Positions 12,557-26,277 of a stretch of 64,000 nt of DNA are shown in pieces. Each line of letters starts with the position of its first letter. Positions within the stretch are counted from its first letter, which is position 1. The notes under the pieces are model-generated. The model was given only the letters and a program-made list of their open reading frames with translations, was not told the DNA's origin and made no database searches. Location: contig CM119263.1 of the NCBI GenBank assembly GCA_051294375.1, positions 3,986,161 through 4,050,160 of the forward strand. The letters are read 5' to 3'. The translations under genes were made by a program, and so were the position numbers. Source of the stretch: Paraspadella gotoi. Lineage: Eukaryota > Animalia > Chaetognatha.

Positions 12557-13990
12557 TTTTTTTTTTGCGTGGTCGTCGTCGTCGTCTTTATCGTCGTCTT
12601 CATTGTCGTCGTCACAATTCTTACGTTTGAATCTCCAACTGAGATGAGAAATAAAAACTGGTATCGAAAAATCTTGGTTTTTCTGTCGATAAAATATAAA
12701 GATTAAGTCTTCAAGTTTTTAACAAAAATTTTCTCATTTTTTACGCCTTTCTGGCTCCGAATTTCGCTTGATGCATCGCTGCATCTTTCTTCGTAGTGAT
12801 TCTCAAGTCAATTAATCTTTCTTCGTAATGATTTTCAAGTCAGTACATCTTTCTTCGTAGTGTTTTTCAAGACTGTTAATCTATCTTCGTAGTGATTTTC
12901 AAGTCAGTACATCTTTCTTCGTAGTGATTTTCAAGACTGATAATCTTTTTCCGTTGTGATTTTCAAGTCATTGAGTAAAGTCATGACCACGAGGTACCGG
13001 GTACCGGGTACCGGGTACCGGGTACCGGTAGCTACCCTGCGGGAAGCGTGAGAACGGCCGTAAACCGCCTTGGGGGCCAGGAAAACCCTCAAGCCTGGTT
13101 CCAAGCCCAGAACTCGTTCCATGGCTGCTGAGGGGGCATTGAAGTTACAGGTAGTCGTCTTCAGCTCACTTAGCGCCTTATCCACAAGTTAATCTTTCTT
13201 CGTAAATAGAGACGAAAGATCCGTGAAAATCGACAGGATAGATAAGTCAAAATAGAGAGGAGAGATAAGTCAACATAGAGAAGAAGATTTTTTCATGGTG
13301 ACCTCGTGACGTCACTCACGGATTCCATAGACGTCGCCCGAGAGAAAAAAAAAGAAACTACCTTTAGTCCCTGGCCCCTGACCCCCTCTAGACCCCCCCC
13401 TGTAAAACCCTCCTCTAGACCCCCAGGTGACCTCATGACCCTTCCTGATCCCCGAGCGAAGCGAAACGACCGAAGCGCCCTCGCCCAAAACTCATCTTAC
13501 ATTCAGTCTCTTTGTCGGTGGGAAGAGCAATTTTCTCTTTCTTTCTTTTCTTCTTTACTTTTTCTATCTTTCTTTCTTCTATTTCTCTCCCTATTTTTTT
13601 CTCAGCCGCTTTCTTTCTTTCTTTTTTTTCTTTTTTTCTTTTTTTCTTTGTTTATTTGTTTTTTTTTTCTCTCTTCTATTTCTCTCCTTATTTTTTCTCA
13701 ACCGCTTTCTTTCTTTCTTTGTTTCTTTCTTTATTTCTTTGTTTCTTTTTTTTCTTTCTTTCTTTCTTTGCTGTCTTTATTTTTCCCCCTATTCAGGCTC
13801 TCTTTCTTTCATTTCCCCTCCTCCTAACTTTTCCTTATCTCTCCCTTTGCCTGAATCGATCTTCATAATTTCTTTTTTTTTCTTATCAGTTTCTCGATTC
13901 TATTTTCTATTCTCCTTTCTTTAGTTCCTCTCTCTTTTCTTCTTCCTACAACCCTCTTCTTTTACTTATCTTTTCTTCTTCCTACAACCC
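12557..13990 (+). repeat. ~1.5-kb direct repeat, copy 2
   Basis: Matches 986-2480 and then continues into the full 36-bp minisatellite. Confidence 0.9.
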
Positions 13991-14260
13991 TCTTCTTTTA
14001 CTTATCTTTTCTTCTTCCTACAACCTTCTTCCTTTACTTATCTTTTATTTTTCCTACAACCCTCTTCTTTTACTTATCTTTTCTTTTTCCTATAACCCTC
14101 TTCTTTTACCTATAATTTCTTCTTCCTACTACCCTCTTCTTTTACTTATCTTTTCTTCTTACTACAACTCTTTTCTTTTACTTATCTTTTATTATTCCTA
14201 CAACCCTCGTCCTATACTTATTTTTTCTTCTTCCTTCAACCCTCTTCTTTTACTTATCTC
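13945..14260. repeat. 36-bp minisatellite (CCTACAACCCTCTTCTTTTACTTATCTTTTCTTCTT)n
   Basis: About 9 tandem units visible. Confidence 0.9.
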
Positions 14261-15270
14261 TTTAGCATCTTAAGTTTGTTTATTCTTTACACAGAAAAGA
14301 CATCATTCATATTCTCTCTTCCATTCAGCTCTGCAGTTTGGCCTCTCTCTCTCTCTCTCTCTCCCTCTCTCTCTCTCTCTGCTATTCATCACGTCTGTTT
14401 AGCTTTCCTAACTTTTCCCAAGCTTATCTATTCCTCTCTACAAGCATTGATCCCTGGAAATCCTTTTCTTGCTTTCCTTATCTTTGCCTCCGCCGATTTA
14501 AGGACGGCTGCCCCGCCTCTGAGACGCGCGGCCGGCTTAAAAGAGGGAAGGGTGGTTAAAGAGGTGGTTAAAGAGGTGGTTAAAGAGGTGGTTAAATGGG
14601 TGGGTATGATGAGGGATTAAAATGATTGAATTGTTTATAGGTTGTAAAATCAATTAATTAAACATTAAGTAAGAAATTTAAACTTTTATAAAAGATGAAT
14701 AAAGAGGAATACTTTGAAATCTTCGTCATTTACTATTTATTGTTTTACTATGTTTAATAGATTGTCTATATTTATATTTAATACTCTTATCAAAAATGAT
14801 TATTTTTTTTTTTTACAAAAAGATAGAAGAAAAAAACGGAGAAGTGAGGAAAGTAAAAAGGAAAGTAGTTTTAGATTCGCCTCTTATTCCTTTTCCTCTA
14901 AAAAAAAAAGGAAAAGGTGCCTTCGTCTCACAAAAACACAAAAAAAAGTTCATTTATCATTTTCTTTCCTTTTTTTTTTTTGCCTTTTTTTGTTTATCTT
15001 CGGAGGCGGAAGATGTTCGGCAGCGAGTGAGACTTTTTTCTCTCTCCTTTGCTAATAAAAATTGCCAAAGACTTTCAAATGCTGTTTTACTCGAGTTTTT
15101 GAACGATTTTAATATTTCTTTAATACTTCCAAATCACGCGACCGCTTCTGACAAAAAAAAAATTCTAAAATTCCACTCAGATTATTACTCTTGATATTAT
15201 AAGCCAAAGTGGCGGGCAGAGTAAATTAAAAGCACAACAAAACCAACATATCCTGCCAGTGGTCGGACAA

Positions 15271-16006
15271 AAAGCCATTGCAAGCGATTCACTTCCCCTC
15301 GAAACAGCGGAACGACAAAGACAAAACGATTTTTGTTACTTTGTCCCATTTTTTATATTTGTCTGCTTTTTGCTCTTTCCTATTTGATCTTTCCTTTTTG
15401 ATCTCTCCTCTTTGATCTTTCCTTTTTAATCTCTCCTGTTTGATCTCTCCTATTTGATCTCTCCTCTTTGATCTTTCCTATTTTATCTCTCCTCTTTGAT
15501 CTTTCCTATTTTATCTCTCCTATTTGATCTCTCCTATTTGATCTCTCCTCTTTGATCTCTCCTATTTAATCTCTCCTCTTTGATCTCTCCTATTTGATCT
15601 CTCCTCTTTGATCTCTCCTATTTAATCTCTCCTCTTTGATCTTTCCTCTTTAATCTCTCCTGTTTGATCTCTCCTCTTTGATCTTTCCTCTTTTATCTCT
15701 CCTCTTTGATCTCGCCTATTTGATCTCTCCTTTTAGATATTTCCCTCTTTGATATCTTCTCTTTGATCTTTCCTCTTTAATCTCTCCTATTTGATCTCTC
15801 CTCTTATCTTATCTTTACATCATCGTTTCTATATTCATTTTGAGTATTTCTTCATTTTTCCTTTCAATTTTATTTTTTTTCTTTTAGTTCTGAGGCAAAA
15901 TGTTTCTCAGCTTCCGCTTCCTTTTGTACCTCGCAATATATATTCTTTTCCTGCAAATTTCTCTCTGTTATGGCCCTTTTTTGCACGACCGGCTTTTCAT
16001 AAGCCC

Positions 16007-16063
<57 letters not shown>

Positions 16064-16412
16064 TCATCTCTCGTCTCTCTCTTCTCTCTCTCTCTCTCTC
16101 TGCTCTCGCTCCCTCCCTTTCCCTCTTTCTCTTGTTCGTTTGATTGATATTTTTCGACTGTCATGTTTTCTTTTCACCGAAACTTTGATAAGAATCCAAG
16201 GCGCATGCCAAGAATATTCTCTGTCGCTACTGCCGCCGACGTCGCCGCCCCGCAACCAAGCCCGCTCGCTGCCAAACCTCGCCACCGACATACGCCACGC
16301 CCGCCCACGGCTCGATGTCCCCAAATGGGCGGCGGATCATTTTCATTGGTTGTCATATCATGAGATGGAAAAAATCTTTTGCAAATGAATACTTTGCATT
16401 CTCGTTTTCTTG

Positions 16413-16496
<84 letters not shown>

Positions 16497-17552
16497 TCCC
16501 AAAACCGGAAGTCACGTTCCCTCTCTCTCTCGTTTCTCTCCTTCGTTTTGTATTTTCCCAATCCTTCACCATCNNNNNNNNNNNNNNNNNNNNNNNNNAA
16601 AGCCATTGCAAGCGAATCACTTCCCCTCGAAACAGCGGAACGACAAAGACAAAACGATTTTTTTGTTACTTTGTCCCATTTTTTATATTTGTCTGCTTTT
16701 TGTCTTTCCTATTGATCTTTCCTTTTTGATCTCTCCTCTTTGATCTTTCCTTTTTAATCTCTCCTGTTGATCTCTCCTATTTGATCTCTCCTCTTTGATC
16801 TTTCCTATTTTATCTCTCCTCTTTGATCTTTCCTATTTTATCTCTCCTCTTTGATCTCTCTTCTTTGATCTTTCCTCTTTGATCTACTCCACTTTGATCT
16901 CTCCTATTTGATCTCTCCTTTTTGATATTTCCCCCTTTGATATCTTCTCTTTGATCTTTCCTATTTTATCTCTCCTATTTGATCTCTCCTCTTTGATCTT
17001 TCCTATTTTGATTTCTCCTGTTTGATCTATCCTATTGATCTCTCCTCTTTTGATCTTTCCTATTTGATTTCTCCTGTTTGATCTCTCCTATTGTTCTCCT
17101 CTTTGATCTCTCCTATTTAATCTCTCCTCTTTGATCTCTCCTATTTGATCTCTCCTCATTTTGATCTCTCCTATTTAATCTCTCCTTTTGATCTTTCCTC
17201 TTTAATCTCTCCTGTTTGATCTCTCCTCTTTGATCTTTCCTCTTTTATCTCTCCTCTTTGATCTCGCCTATTTGATCTCTCCTTTTAGATATTTCCCTCT
17301 GATATCTTCTCTTTGATCTTTCTCTTTAATCTCTCCTATTGATCTCTCCTCTTATCTTATCTTTACATCATCGTTTCTATATTCATTTTGAGTATTTCTT
17401 CATTTTTCCTTCAATTTTATTTTTTTCTTTTAGTTCTGGGGCAAATGGTTTCTCAGCTTCCGCTTCCTTTTGTACCTCGCAATATATATTCTTTTCCTGC
17501 AAATTTCTCTCTGTTATGGCCCTTTTTTGCACGACCGGCTTTTCATAAGCCC

Positions 17553-17628
<76 letters not shown>

Positions 17629-18047
17629 TCTCTCTCTCGCTCCCTCCCTCTCCTCCTCTTTCTCTTGTTCGTTTGATTGATATTTTTCGACTGTCATGTT
17701 TTCTTTCACCGAAACTTTGATAAGAATCCAAGGCGCATCGCAAGAATATTCTCTGTCGCTACTGCCGCCGACGTGCCGCCGCCGCAACCAAGCCCGCCGC
17801 TGCCACAACCTCGCCACCGACTACGCCACGCCGCCACGGCTTCGATGTCCCCAAAGTGGAGCGGCGGATCATTTCATTGGTTGTCATATCATGAGATGGA
17901 ATAATCTTTGCATGAATACTTTGCATTCTCGTTTTCTGTGTCTGTCTGTCTGTCTNNNNNNNNNNNNNNNNNNNNNNNNNNNNNNNNNNNNNNNNNNNNN
18001 NNNNNNNNNNNNNNNNNNNNNNNNNNNNNNNNNNNNNNNNNNNNNNN

Positions 18048-18082
<35 letters not shown>

Positions 18083-18150
18083 CAAAACCGGAAGTCACGT
18101 TCCTCTCTCTCTCGTTTCTCTTCCTTCGCTTTTGTATTTTCCCATCCCTT
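15271..18150. repeat. Tandem near-identical duplication (15271-16573 vs 16599-~18150) across a 25-N gap
   Basis: Both copies begin AAAGCCATTGCAAGCGA and run colinearly; gap at 16574-16598. Confidence 0.85.
15380..15805. repeat. 14-bp minisatellite (TGATCTYTCCTMTT)n; second array at ~16710-17350
   Basis: Directly visible tandem units. Confidence 0.9.
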
Positions 18151-20698
18151 TCCATCCTTTTTCTCTTACTACTTTTCTCTTTTTATTTTTCTATTTTTTC
18201 TTTCTCTCTTTATATTTTTTCCTTTCTCTCTTTATATTTTTTTCTTTTTCTCCTTTTTATTTATTTTTGTTTCATTTTCTCCTTTTTTTTCTCCCATTTT
18301 TCTTTTTCTTCTTTTTTTCTTTTTCTCCTTTTTCATCTGGTTTTTTCTCTTATTTCTTTATTTCTTTATTTAATTCTTTAAATTTTTATTTTATTTATAT
18401 TTTCATTCATTTTTTATATTTTCAGCTACATTTTAGTTAATTTTTTCCTTTCTCTCTTTTTTTAATTTTAAGTTCATTGTTTATCCTACGGCCCACATTT
18501 CTAGTACCTACTCCGTCCTACAACCACCTTATTACAAACCTACCTCACTGTCCTTGGCAAACAACTTACATCCAGCTCTTACACCGCTATCTTGCCCCCA
18601 TATCTTGCACCTATTCCTTGCACCCATCTCTTAAACCCATCTCTTGCACCCATCTCTTACACCCCTGCACCCTTTATCCTTTTCAATCGGGATTCGAACC
18701 CCGTCGCCTTTGTTTACGTTTTTGTTTTCATTGGAAGCAGAAATTCATTTCATGAAACAAAGAGGGACGGAAGAAGTGAGAGAGAGAGNNNNNNNNNNNN
18801 NNNNNNNNNNNNNNNNNNNNNNNNNNNNNNNNNNNNNNNNNNNNNNNNNNNNNNNNNNNNNNNNNNNNNNNNNNNNNNNNNNNNNNNNNNNNNNNNNNNN
18901 NNNNNNNNNNNNNNNNNNNNNNNNNNNNNNNNNNNNNNNNNNNNNNNNNNNNNNNNNNNNNNNNNNNNNNNNNNNNNNNNNNNNNNNNNNNNNNNNNNNN
19001 NNNNNNNNNNNNNNNNNNNNNGAGAGAGAGAGAGAGAGAGATATGAAGACGGTATGATTGGCACTTATTTCGTTAGCCTCTTTGGTCATCTTCCTTTCCA
19101 GACGAGATTTTCCACCGGTGCCATTTTTATATTGAGAGGATTTCTCGTTCTTTCTGGTGAATCATTAAACGGAGAAATCTCTCTTGAAATTCAAAAGGAT
19201 TAAAAAGGTGACGCGATAATCTCATTTCCTAGATATGTACAGTTGGTGAGTTGTCAACAGACAGAAAGGTGAACTGACAATCCTTTGAAACGCAATACTA
19301 AATCTTTGTCTCATGCCTCCTTTTCTGCTCTGCGCTTCTTATTTCTTACCTTCTTAATCTATTTAAATATTTTTGTCGTAAAAACAAATTTTATCGCCGT
19401 TAATCATAATGGATTATGCATCCCAGGGGACAGGCTTTATAATTCAGGAGAAAACTGCACGAGAGATATAAAAAAAATGAGGGGGGGGGCAGTAAAATTC
19501 ATAAAAAGTAACAAATGGCGGAGAAAAAAAATAAATATAAAAATAAACAAAAGGTTTGGTGTGATAAACCATTAAAGTTTCTCGTTCAATACAAAAACGT
19601 CATATTACTCAAAACCCACGTTAAAACAGTCAGAAAAGGGAGACGTTTGGATGACGTCTCCGCCAGCGAGAAAACAAACATTTCTCACATGTATACTTAT
19701 TACTATATATAGTATAGCGCTTTTCAGGTACCATGATATCTCAGCGGCTGTTTGTCTTTGATAAGTAAATAAATAAATACTTAAAAGGCATCCAATTTAA
19801 TATTATTACTCGCGGATGGCAAAGTGGCCTTGAAGTCCCCGGTTAAACGCTCGTGGTCCGGATGTAATTGATGGGACCTGATGCGAGTCCCGATGGGGCC
19901 TGATAGAATATGATAGAGATTGATGGGGTGGAGCCGGATGTAATCCATCATAATCCCGGATGTAAGCCTCGGTAGAATGGTTGAGCGTTTGATGATTATT
20001 AAATCGACAACAGGAATAGATAAACAATATATAAAAACAGTTAAGTTTGATATTATTTGCTACTCCGGTCGGTGAAGAAAAATAATCAAGGAAAGAGGAT
20101 CTACATTGGTAAAGATACAAATAAAAAAAAAATTACGTCTTAGGAGACCGGAAAGAGAGAGACGAGAGATATATGAAAAAAAAAAAAGATGACGAAGAAG
20201 AGAGAGAGATATCGAAAAAAGAGAGAGAGAGAGAGAGAGATGGAGAGGAGAGAGAGACAGAGAGAAGGAGAGAGAGAGAAGAAGGACAGAGAGCGCACGA
20301 GGAGAAGCGAGAGAGAGAGCGAGAGAGAGAGAAGAGAAAGAAGAGAAGAGAGAGAGAGAGAACGAGAGAGAGAGAGAGAGAGAAGAGAGAGAGAACGAAC
20401 GATGAGCAGAGAGAGAGAGAGAGAGAAAGTAAGGAGAGGAAAAAAAACAGAAGCTATGGAAAAAAATATATAAGCAGCACAAAATAGAAAGGAAGAGAAA
20501 ATGACAGAAATTGATCGACGTTTAAAAAAAAAGGGAAATTCCTTTTATCTTATTTGATTCCTTTTATTTGATTCCTTTTATTTGATTCCTTTTTTTTCCT
20601 AAGTTCTTTTTTTCCGCTGCGAAGATGAACCCCTTCATCATAAACCCGTGATTTATTGACTTCAGAGTAGCTTTAAGTGTAATTCACCGGCACTCAGA

Positions 20699-20811
<113 letters not shown>

Positions 20812-21670
20812 GCACACCTGGAAATAAAATCGTTCTCAAAATGTTTGGCTCAGATTTGAAAAATCTGTTTGAAATCTCTCCTGAAAATAACAACAACGAA
20901 GTCGACGACGACAACAACAGCAACATCCAACTATAACTGCAGCAACAGCGGCAACAACGACACAAGCAGCAGCGTCAGTAGCAGCCTCGTGGATTTTTCC
21001 TTGTTTTTCGATTCCCCTTTCTTTTTCACTCCGACAAAAAAAATGTTCTTTACTTAACCTAACCTATCTATTTTTAGTACCTGTCTTTTCCATTCTTTAC
21101 TTTTCTTTTTCTTTTCTTTATCGTCGTTTGTTTTCGGTGTGTAGACAGGAATCGATGTTGAAGAAAAGATATGAGGAAAGGAGGAAGGTAGGAAGGAAGG
21201 AAGGAAGNNNNNNNNNNNNNNNNNNNNNNNNNNNNNNNNNNNNNNNNNNNNNNNNNNNNNNNNNNNNNNNNNNNNNNNNNNNNNNNNNNNNNNNNNNNNN
21301 NNNNNNNNNNNNNNNNNNNNNNNNNNNNNNNNNNNNNNNNNNNNNNNNNNNNNNNNNNNNNNNNNNNNNNNNNNNNNNNNNNNNNNNNNNNNGGAAGGAA
21401 GGAAGGAAGGAAGGAAGAAAGTGGACGTGAGATTTGAGACGAATCAATGAAGATTATCGTAAAAAGGATTTTCCGCGTTGAATAAATAGGGTGAAAAAGA
21501 CTTGTTGTAGGTCGGTCTGTCGCTTTTTCAGTCGGTCAGTCAGTTTATCGATCTATTTGTAAATCCGTCTATCCGTTTTGGAAAAGTCGACGTTTCCGTC
21601 GGATCAAAAGGAATTTCGTGTTTCGACATTAAGAAGAACGCGAGAAAATAGGATCGATTTATCGTCGCGT

Positions 21671-22672
21671 CAGATGTTTCATCGAGCCTTAAAAGCGGAT
21701 TGGTCGCCTTAAAAGCGGATTTTCCGCCTTCTAAGCTTTAAAAGTCTTTAAAAATACGAATTTCGAACCTTTATTTAAACAAAAGGAAAAGTATTAAAAG
21801 CCATAGCCGATGAAATTTAAATGCTAATGTATACAGTGTTAAAATAATCTATCATGACCAATGGTCATTGACCATAGATTACGGTATTCAATTATTTTTT
21901 GTCAAAAATGCTTTCTTCTGAGGGTACTAGCCTAATTAAAAATATTATATTACTATATAAAGCAAAAAATTATCTTATAATTTTTTTATGGATTCTGATA
22001 CATAAAAAGTTGAACAAGAAATATATTTATAGCTTTTAAAAATTCTTACGTTTTCTAAGTGAAAATATAAAAAAACTGAAAAAATCATCGAAAGATGATG
22101 ATGATGATAATTTTTTACGGTTTTTCTTATTTTTAATACACTTATCATAAAAATATTTAAAAAAGAATTATACTTTGTGTAGACAACTTTTAATAAATAA
22201 ATAAATAAATATTAAAAAAATAATTACTAGGGTATAGAGCCATATTAGATATTTTTTGTTCATTGAAAGTATTCTTAAAAATGTCTAAATGTTCTCACTA
22301 TAAATTTTTTACTCACCCCATTGAGTTGGGCTACCCCTAGTATTTAACGTTATTTGAATGGAATTACAAATCAATCTATTGTTTCAGATGCAGTGCGAGA
22401 ATTTCGTTTGACTTGGACAAATCGATAAGTTGACAAATCAGCTTCACGACAAAATTCTTTTTTGGAAAACTCCGCGACGAGAACTGACAGCCTTAAAATC
22501 CGAGTGACAGCCCTAAACTGCCTTAAAAGTGATTTGACAGCCTTAAAATCCAAGGGACAGCCCTAAACTGCCTTAAAAGTGATTTGACAGCCTTAAAATC
22601 CGAGTGACAGCCCTAAACTGCCTTAAAAGTGATTTGACAGCTTTAAAAGCGTATTTTAGGCCTGCGAAATCT
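21671..22672. mobile_element. Possible non-autonomous DNA transposon with GCCTTAAAA subterminal repeats; includes a 50-bp x3 tandem at 22487-22645
   Basis: GCCTTAAAA motifs cluster at both ends. Short imperfect TIR CAGAT(G)TTTC / GAAATCTG. No TSD found. Confidence 0.35.
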
Positions 22673-22806
22673 GCAATAACGACATTTTCCTTCGGTATTA
22701 ACAATCGTAATAGCGTTTGTGACGAAGAAGAAAACAAAAACGAAACAAAGAAACAATAAAAGTTTCACAGATACTATAGTTATTTATCTCTCTCTCTCTT
22801 CTCTCT

Positions 22807-22855
<49 letters not shown>

Positions 22856-23834
22856 TCTCTCTTTTCTCTCTCTCTCTCTAGTTGATATTCAATGCTTTCG
22901 AAATGATCTACTATTTCCTGATTGCATTCAGGATTTCATTTCCTTTCTTTTTCACTCACTGGTTTTTCCAATCACCTCATCTTTTTATTTTCCTTTCTCT
23001 CCGCTTTTTCAGTCAATTCATTTTTCACGTTTTTTCTTCTCTCTTTGTCCGCTTCTATCTCCTCCCTATCCTTTATTTCTATCTCCTTTCTATCCTTTAT
23101 TTCTATCTCCTCCCTATCCTTTATTTCATGTCCTCTATCCTCTCCATTTCTTTGTCCTTTTTTTCTCTCCTCTTGCATTATTGTCTCCTTCCCTATCTCC
23201 TTCCCTATCTTTTTCTTTATTCTTACTCTACCTTATCTACCACAAATTCTTTTTTTCGCTTTATTAATTTTTATTTCATTTCTCTCTGTTCTACTTCTCA
23301 ATTTCAATTCTATCTTCTGCCCCACCCTTTTCTTTTTTTCCATTTTCATATCTCTCTTCCCTTTTCTCCCCCCTGCCTTCCTTTCCTTCCTTCATGTCTT
23401 CTCTCGCCACCTTTTTCTTCCTTTCGATCTTCTCCCACTTTCCTTTCCTCCCTCTCCCCTTCTCTTCCCCTCCCTTCCCTTCCTCCGCTTCCCGCTTCCC
23501 TCTTTACTCCTTCCCCTTTCCTTTCCTCCATTAGCTTCCTCCTCGAATCATTTCCTTTTTTCTCCCTTTTCTTTTTCCTCCACGGCGCCAGATTCTCGCA
23601 GTTTTCTCATTTCCGTCTTATCACCTTTTTTGTTCGATTCCTTGACCACCGGTCGCAGAGGACGCAGCAGACGCAGCAGTCGCTAATCAGCCGCATAAGA
23701 AGCTGCTGGTGGAAGATGCTCTTGAAAAAAAAAATAGCTGCTGCTGTTTGCTGAAGGGGCGCTGCAGCGGAAGCGGAAAAACGACCACCACGCAAAAAGA
23801 ACTTTTTTTTCTTTTCTGTCGGCGCCAAATTTAG

Positions 23835-23897
<63 letters not shown>

Positions 23898-24076
23898 TCA
23901 TTCCTATCTCGAAAAATAGGTTAAGAATGTCGGGAGCGTCGAAAAGCTTTTGAGTCTCTGGAGAAAATTCGTTTTTAGCAGAGAAAAAAGTTTCGCTAAA
24001 TCGATTCGACGTTGGATCCGGAAGAAAGAGTGGGCGGGGATCGAGAGAGGGTGTCAGATGGTGATTTTTGCATTAT

Positions 24077-24267
24077 AAGCTATCTTGCCCCTGGAAGGCT
24101 TTTGTGGTTAAAGGCTTCCGTCACTCTTACAAGATAAAGACATCGCAGGTCCTTGCAAGCATTTAATCTCTCTTATTACTCTCTCACAGTCTCGTTTATT
24201 CACTCGCAGAGTACCTGGTCCCTATCTATGAAGTGGTATAATATTTCAAAGAATGATTCAATTGTAT
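24077..24267 (-). repeat. Dispersed ~170-190-bp module, also found upstream of each XK-like copy
   Basis: Reverse complement matches 59749-59942 (ATACAATTGAA.CATTCTTTGAAATATTATACCACTTCAT...CAAGATAGCTT) and the copies at ~33995, 38895, 45310 and 52448. Confidence 0.85.
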
Positions 24268-24507
24268 CCACTCAATTATACGACTTTTATGTATTTTTTT
24301 ATTTTTACTTTTTTCTGTTCGTGACGTTTCCATTTTGGCCAATCAGAGTTTTAGGCTTCGATTCCCGGCCGATTCCGTTTGTCTATGTTTTATTTTATCG
24401 CCGTATTTACTTCCTCTTTATTTTCCTGATTAGGCAAACTAGTAAATTTATTCCGTCCTTTCAAGAAAGTTCGTCCTTGCTAACTCAGGTCGTCGTCTTC
24501 ACCGTTT

Positions 24508-24576
<69 letters not shown>

Positions 24577-26006
24577 AAAAAGGGGTTCAGCCACGTCTCT
24601 ATTACATTTAAATGGTTCTAATTAGATTCTCAGTTTCCTCCATCTATTCTTTTTCAATTACGAAAAAAACCCCAATTCACCAGGAAGATGAGGAGGAGAT
24701 GGATGAGGAGGAAGAGGAGGATGAGGAGGAGGTTGTGGTGGAGGAGGAAGATGAGGATGAAGAGGAGGAGGATGAGGAAGGGGAAGAAGATACAAGGATT
24801 AATCTCTTCATTCAATTTCTTCTTTTTTTTTTTATTTGTAATTAGTTTTCGGATTTAAAATTCATCCCTGAGGCGCCGAAATATTTTTTTTTCTTCTTGA
24901 ATCCTTTTTCTTTTTTTGTCTTTATTTCTCCATTTTCGTTCGAGTTACTTTATTTACCTTTTTGATAATTTTAACGTTAAACTAATCGCTTCTTTAATTA
25001 TGGCCAATTTCTTGTTACTTTTATTGCTGTCATCAAAGACAAAAGCGTCTAACAAAATCAAAAGATCTCTGCCATCAAAAGTCCTTCCGATAATCTTCCA
25101 ACAGCAACAGAAGTCGCAACAATTGCAATTAACACAACAATTTTAAATCATGAAAAGCTTGATACTGTTGTTGTTGTTGATGTTGTTGTCATTGTTGTTG
25201 TCGTTTTCGTCGTCAAATTACCTCGTTTGTGTCCCCGGAAAAAGGCCCCCCACTTTATAAACAAACAAACAAATCAAATCGTAAAAGTAATTTTTTTCAC
25301 GCCCTCGTTCCTCCCTCTCCCGCCTCTCTCGCTCTCATTGATTCACAATAAAAAGGAAAAAAAAATAAAAAAAGAGAGAGAAAACTGACCAGATTTAAAT
25401 CCGAGGCAGACAGACGGACACTCGGAACTCCGCTGACATTTGGAGAGGCAGTCGGCGTCCACCGCATCTGAAATCGAAAAGGGGAGGAGGAAGAGGAGGA
25501 GGAGGAGGAGGGGGAAAGGGTGAGATTAATGGGGAGTGAGTGAGATTAAGGAGCGGGGAGAGGAAGAAGGGAAAAGAGGAAACTCGAAGTAAGTAAAAGA
25601 AAATGAAAAGAGGAGAAAAGGAGAGGCGAGGAAAAAAGGTCAGGAAATGAAAAAAAAGAAAATTTAGTAAAAGAAAAAGAAAGGAAAGGAAAGGAAAGGA
25701 AAGAAAAGAAAAGAAAAGAAAAGAAAAGAAAAGAAAAGAAAAGAAAAGAAAAGAAAAGAAAAGAAAAGAAAAGAAAATAAAAGAAAAGAAAAGAAAAGAA
25801 AAGAAAAGAAAAGGAGAACAGGGCAAATGAAAATAAAGGAAAGGAAAGTGAATGAAAAGTAAGAAGAGAAAAGAAAGAAAAGAAAAAAATAGAAGAAAAA
25901 TGAAAAGGAGAATCGACGAATCGTACTAATTCAATTAAGAAAGTCTTTCAGTCATTTTTGAAAAATCTCTGTTTACAACCAATACACAGCGTTTCATTGA
26001 GGGAGG

Positions 26007-26119
<113 letters not shown>

Positions 26120-26230
26120 TTAAAAAAAGAATACTGCCCGCTCTTGCGAGTGAAGATAATCCATTCGCATTAAAACTAATTAAACCCATTAAAAACATTA
26201 AGCGGACTCACGTCCTGGTCGTCGTCAGTA

Positions 26231-26277
<47 letters not shown>

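Noticed and set aside
19800-20010. Possible SINE or ncRNA fragment (GC-rich, repeated CCGGATGTAA)
   Set aside because: Only an A-box-like stretch; no B-box, TSD or second copy in the window, so it cannot be supported.
22719-23754. Long F/L/S-rich ORFs (also 2005-2681, 28104-28886, 17696-18440) and ER/RE-repeat ORFs
   Set aside because: They arise from stop-poor polypyrimidine and (GA)n tracts and are open in several frames at once.
24612-24845. Acidic D/E-rich ORF
   Set aside because: A (GAR/GAT)n low-complexity tract with no supporting splice or homology evidence.
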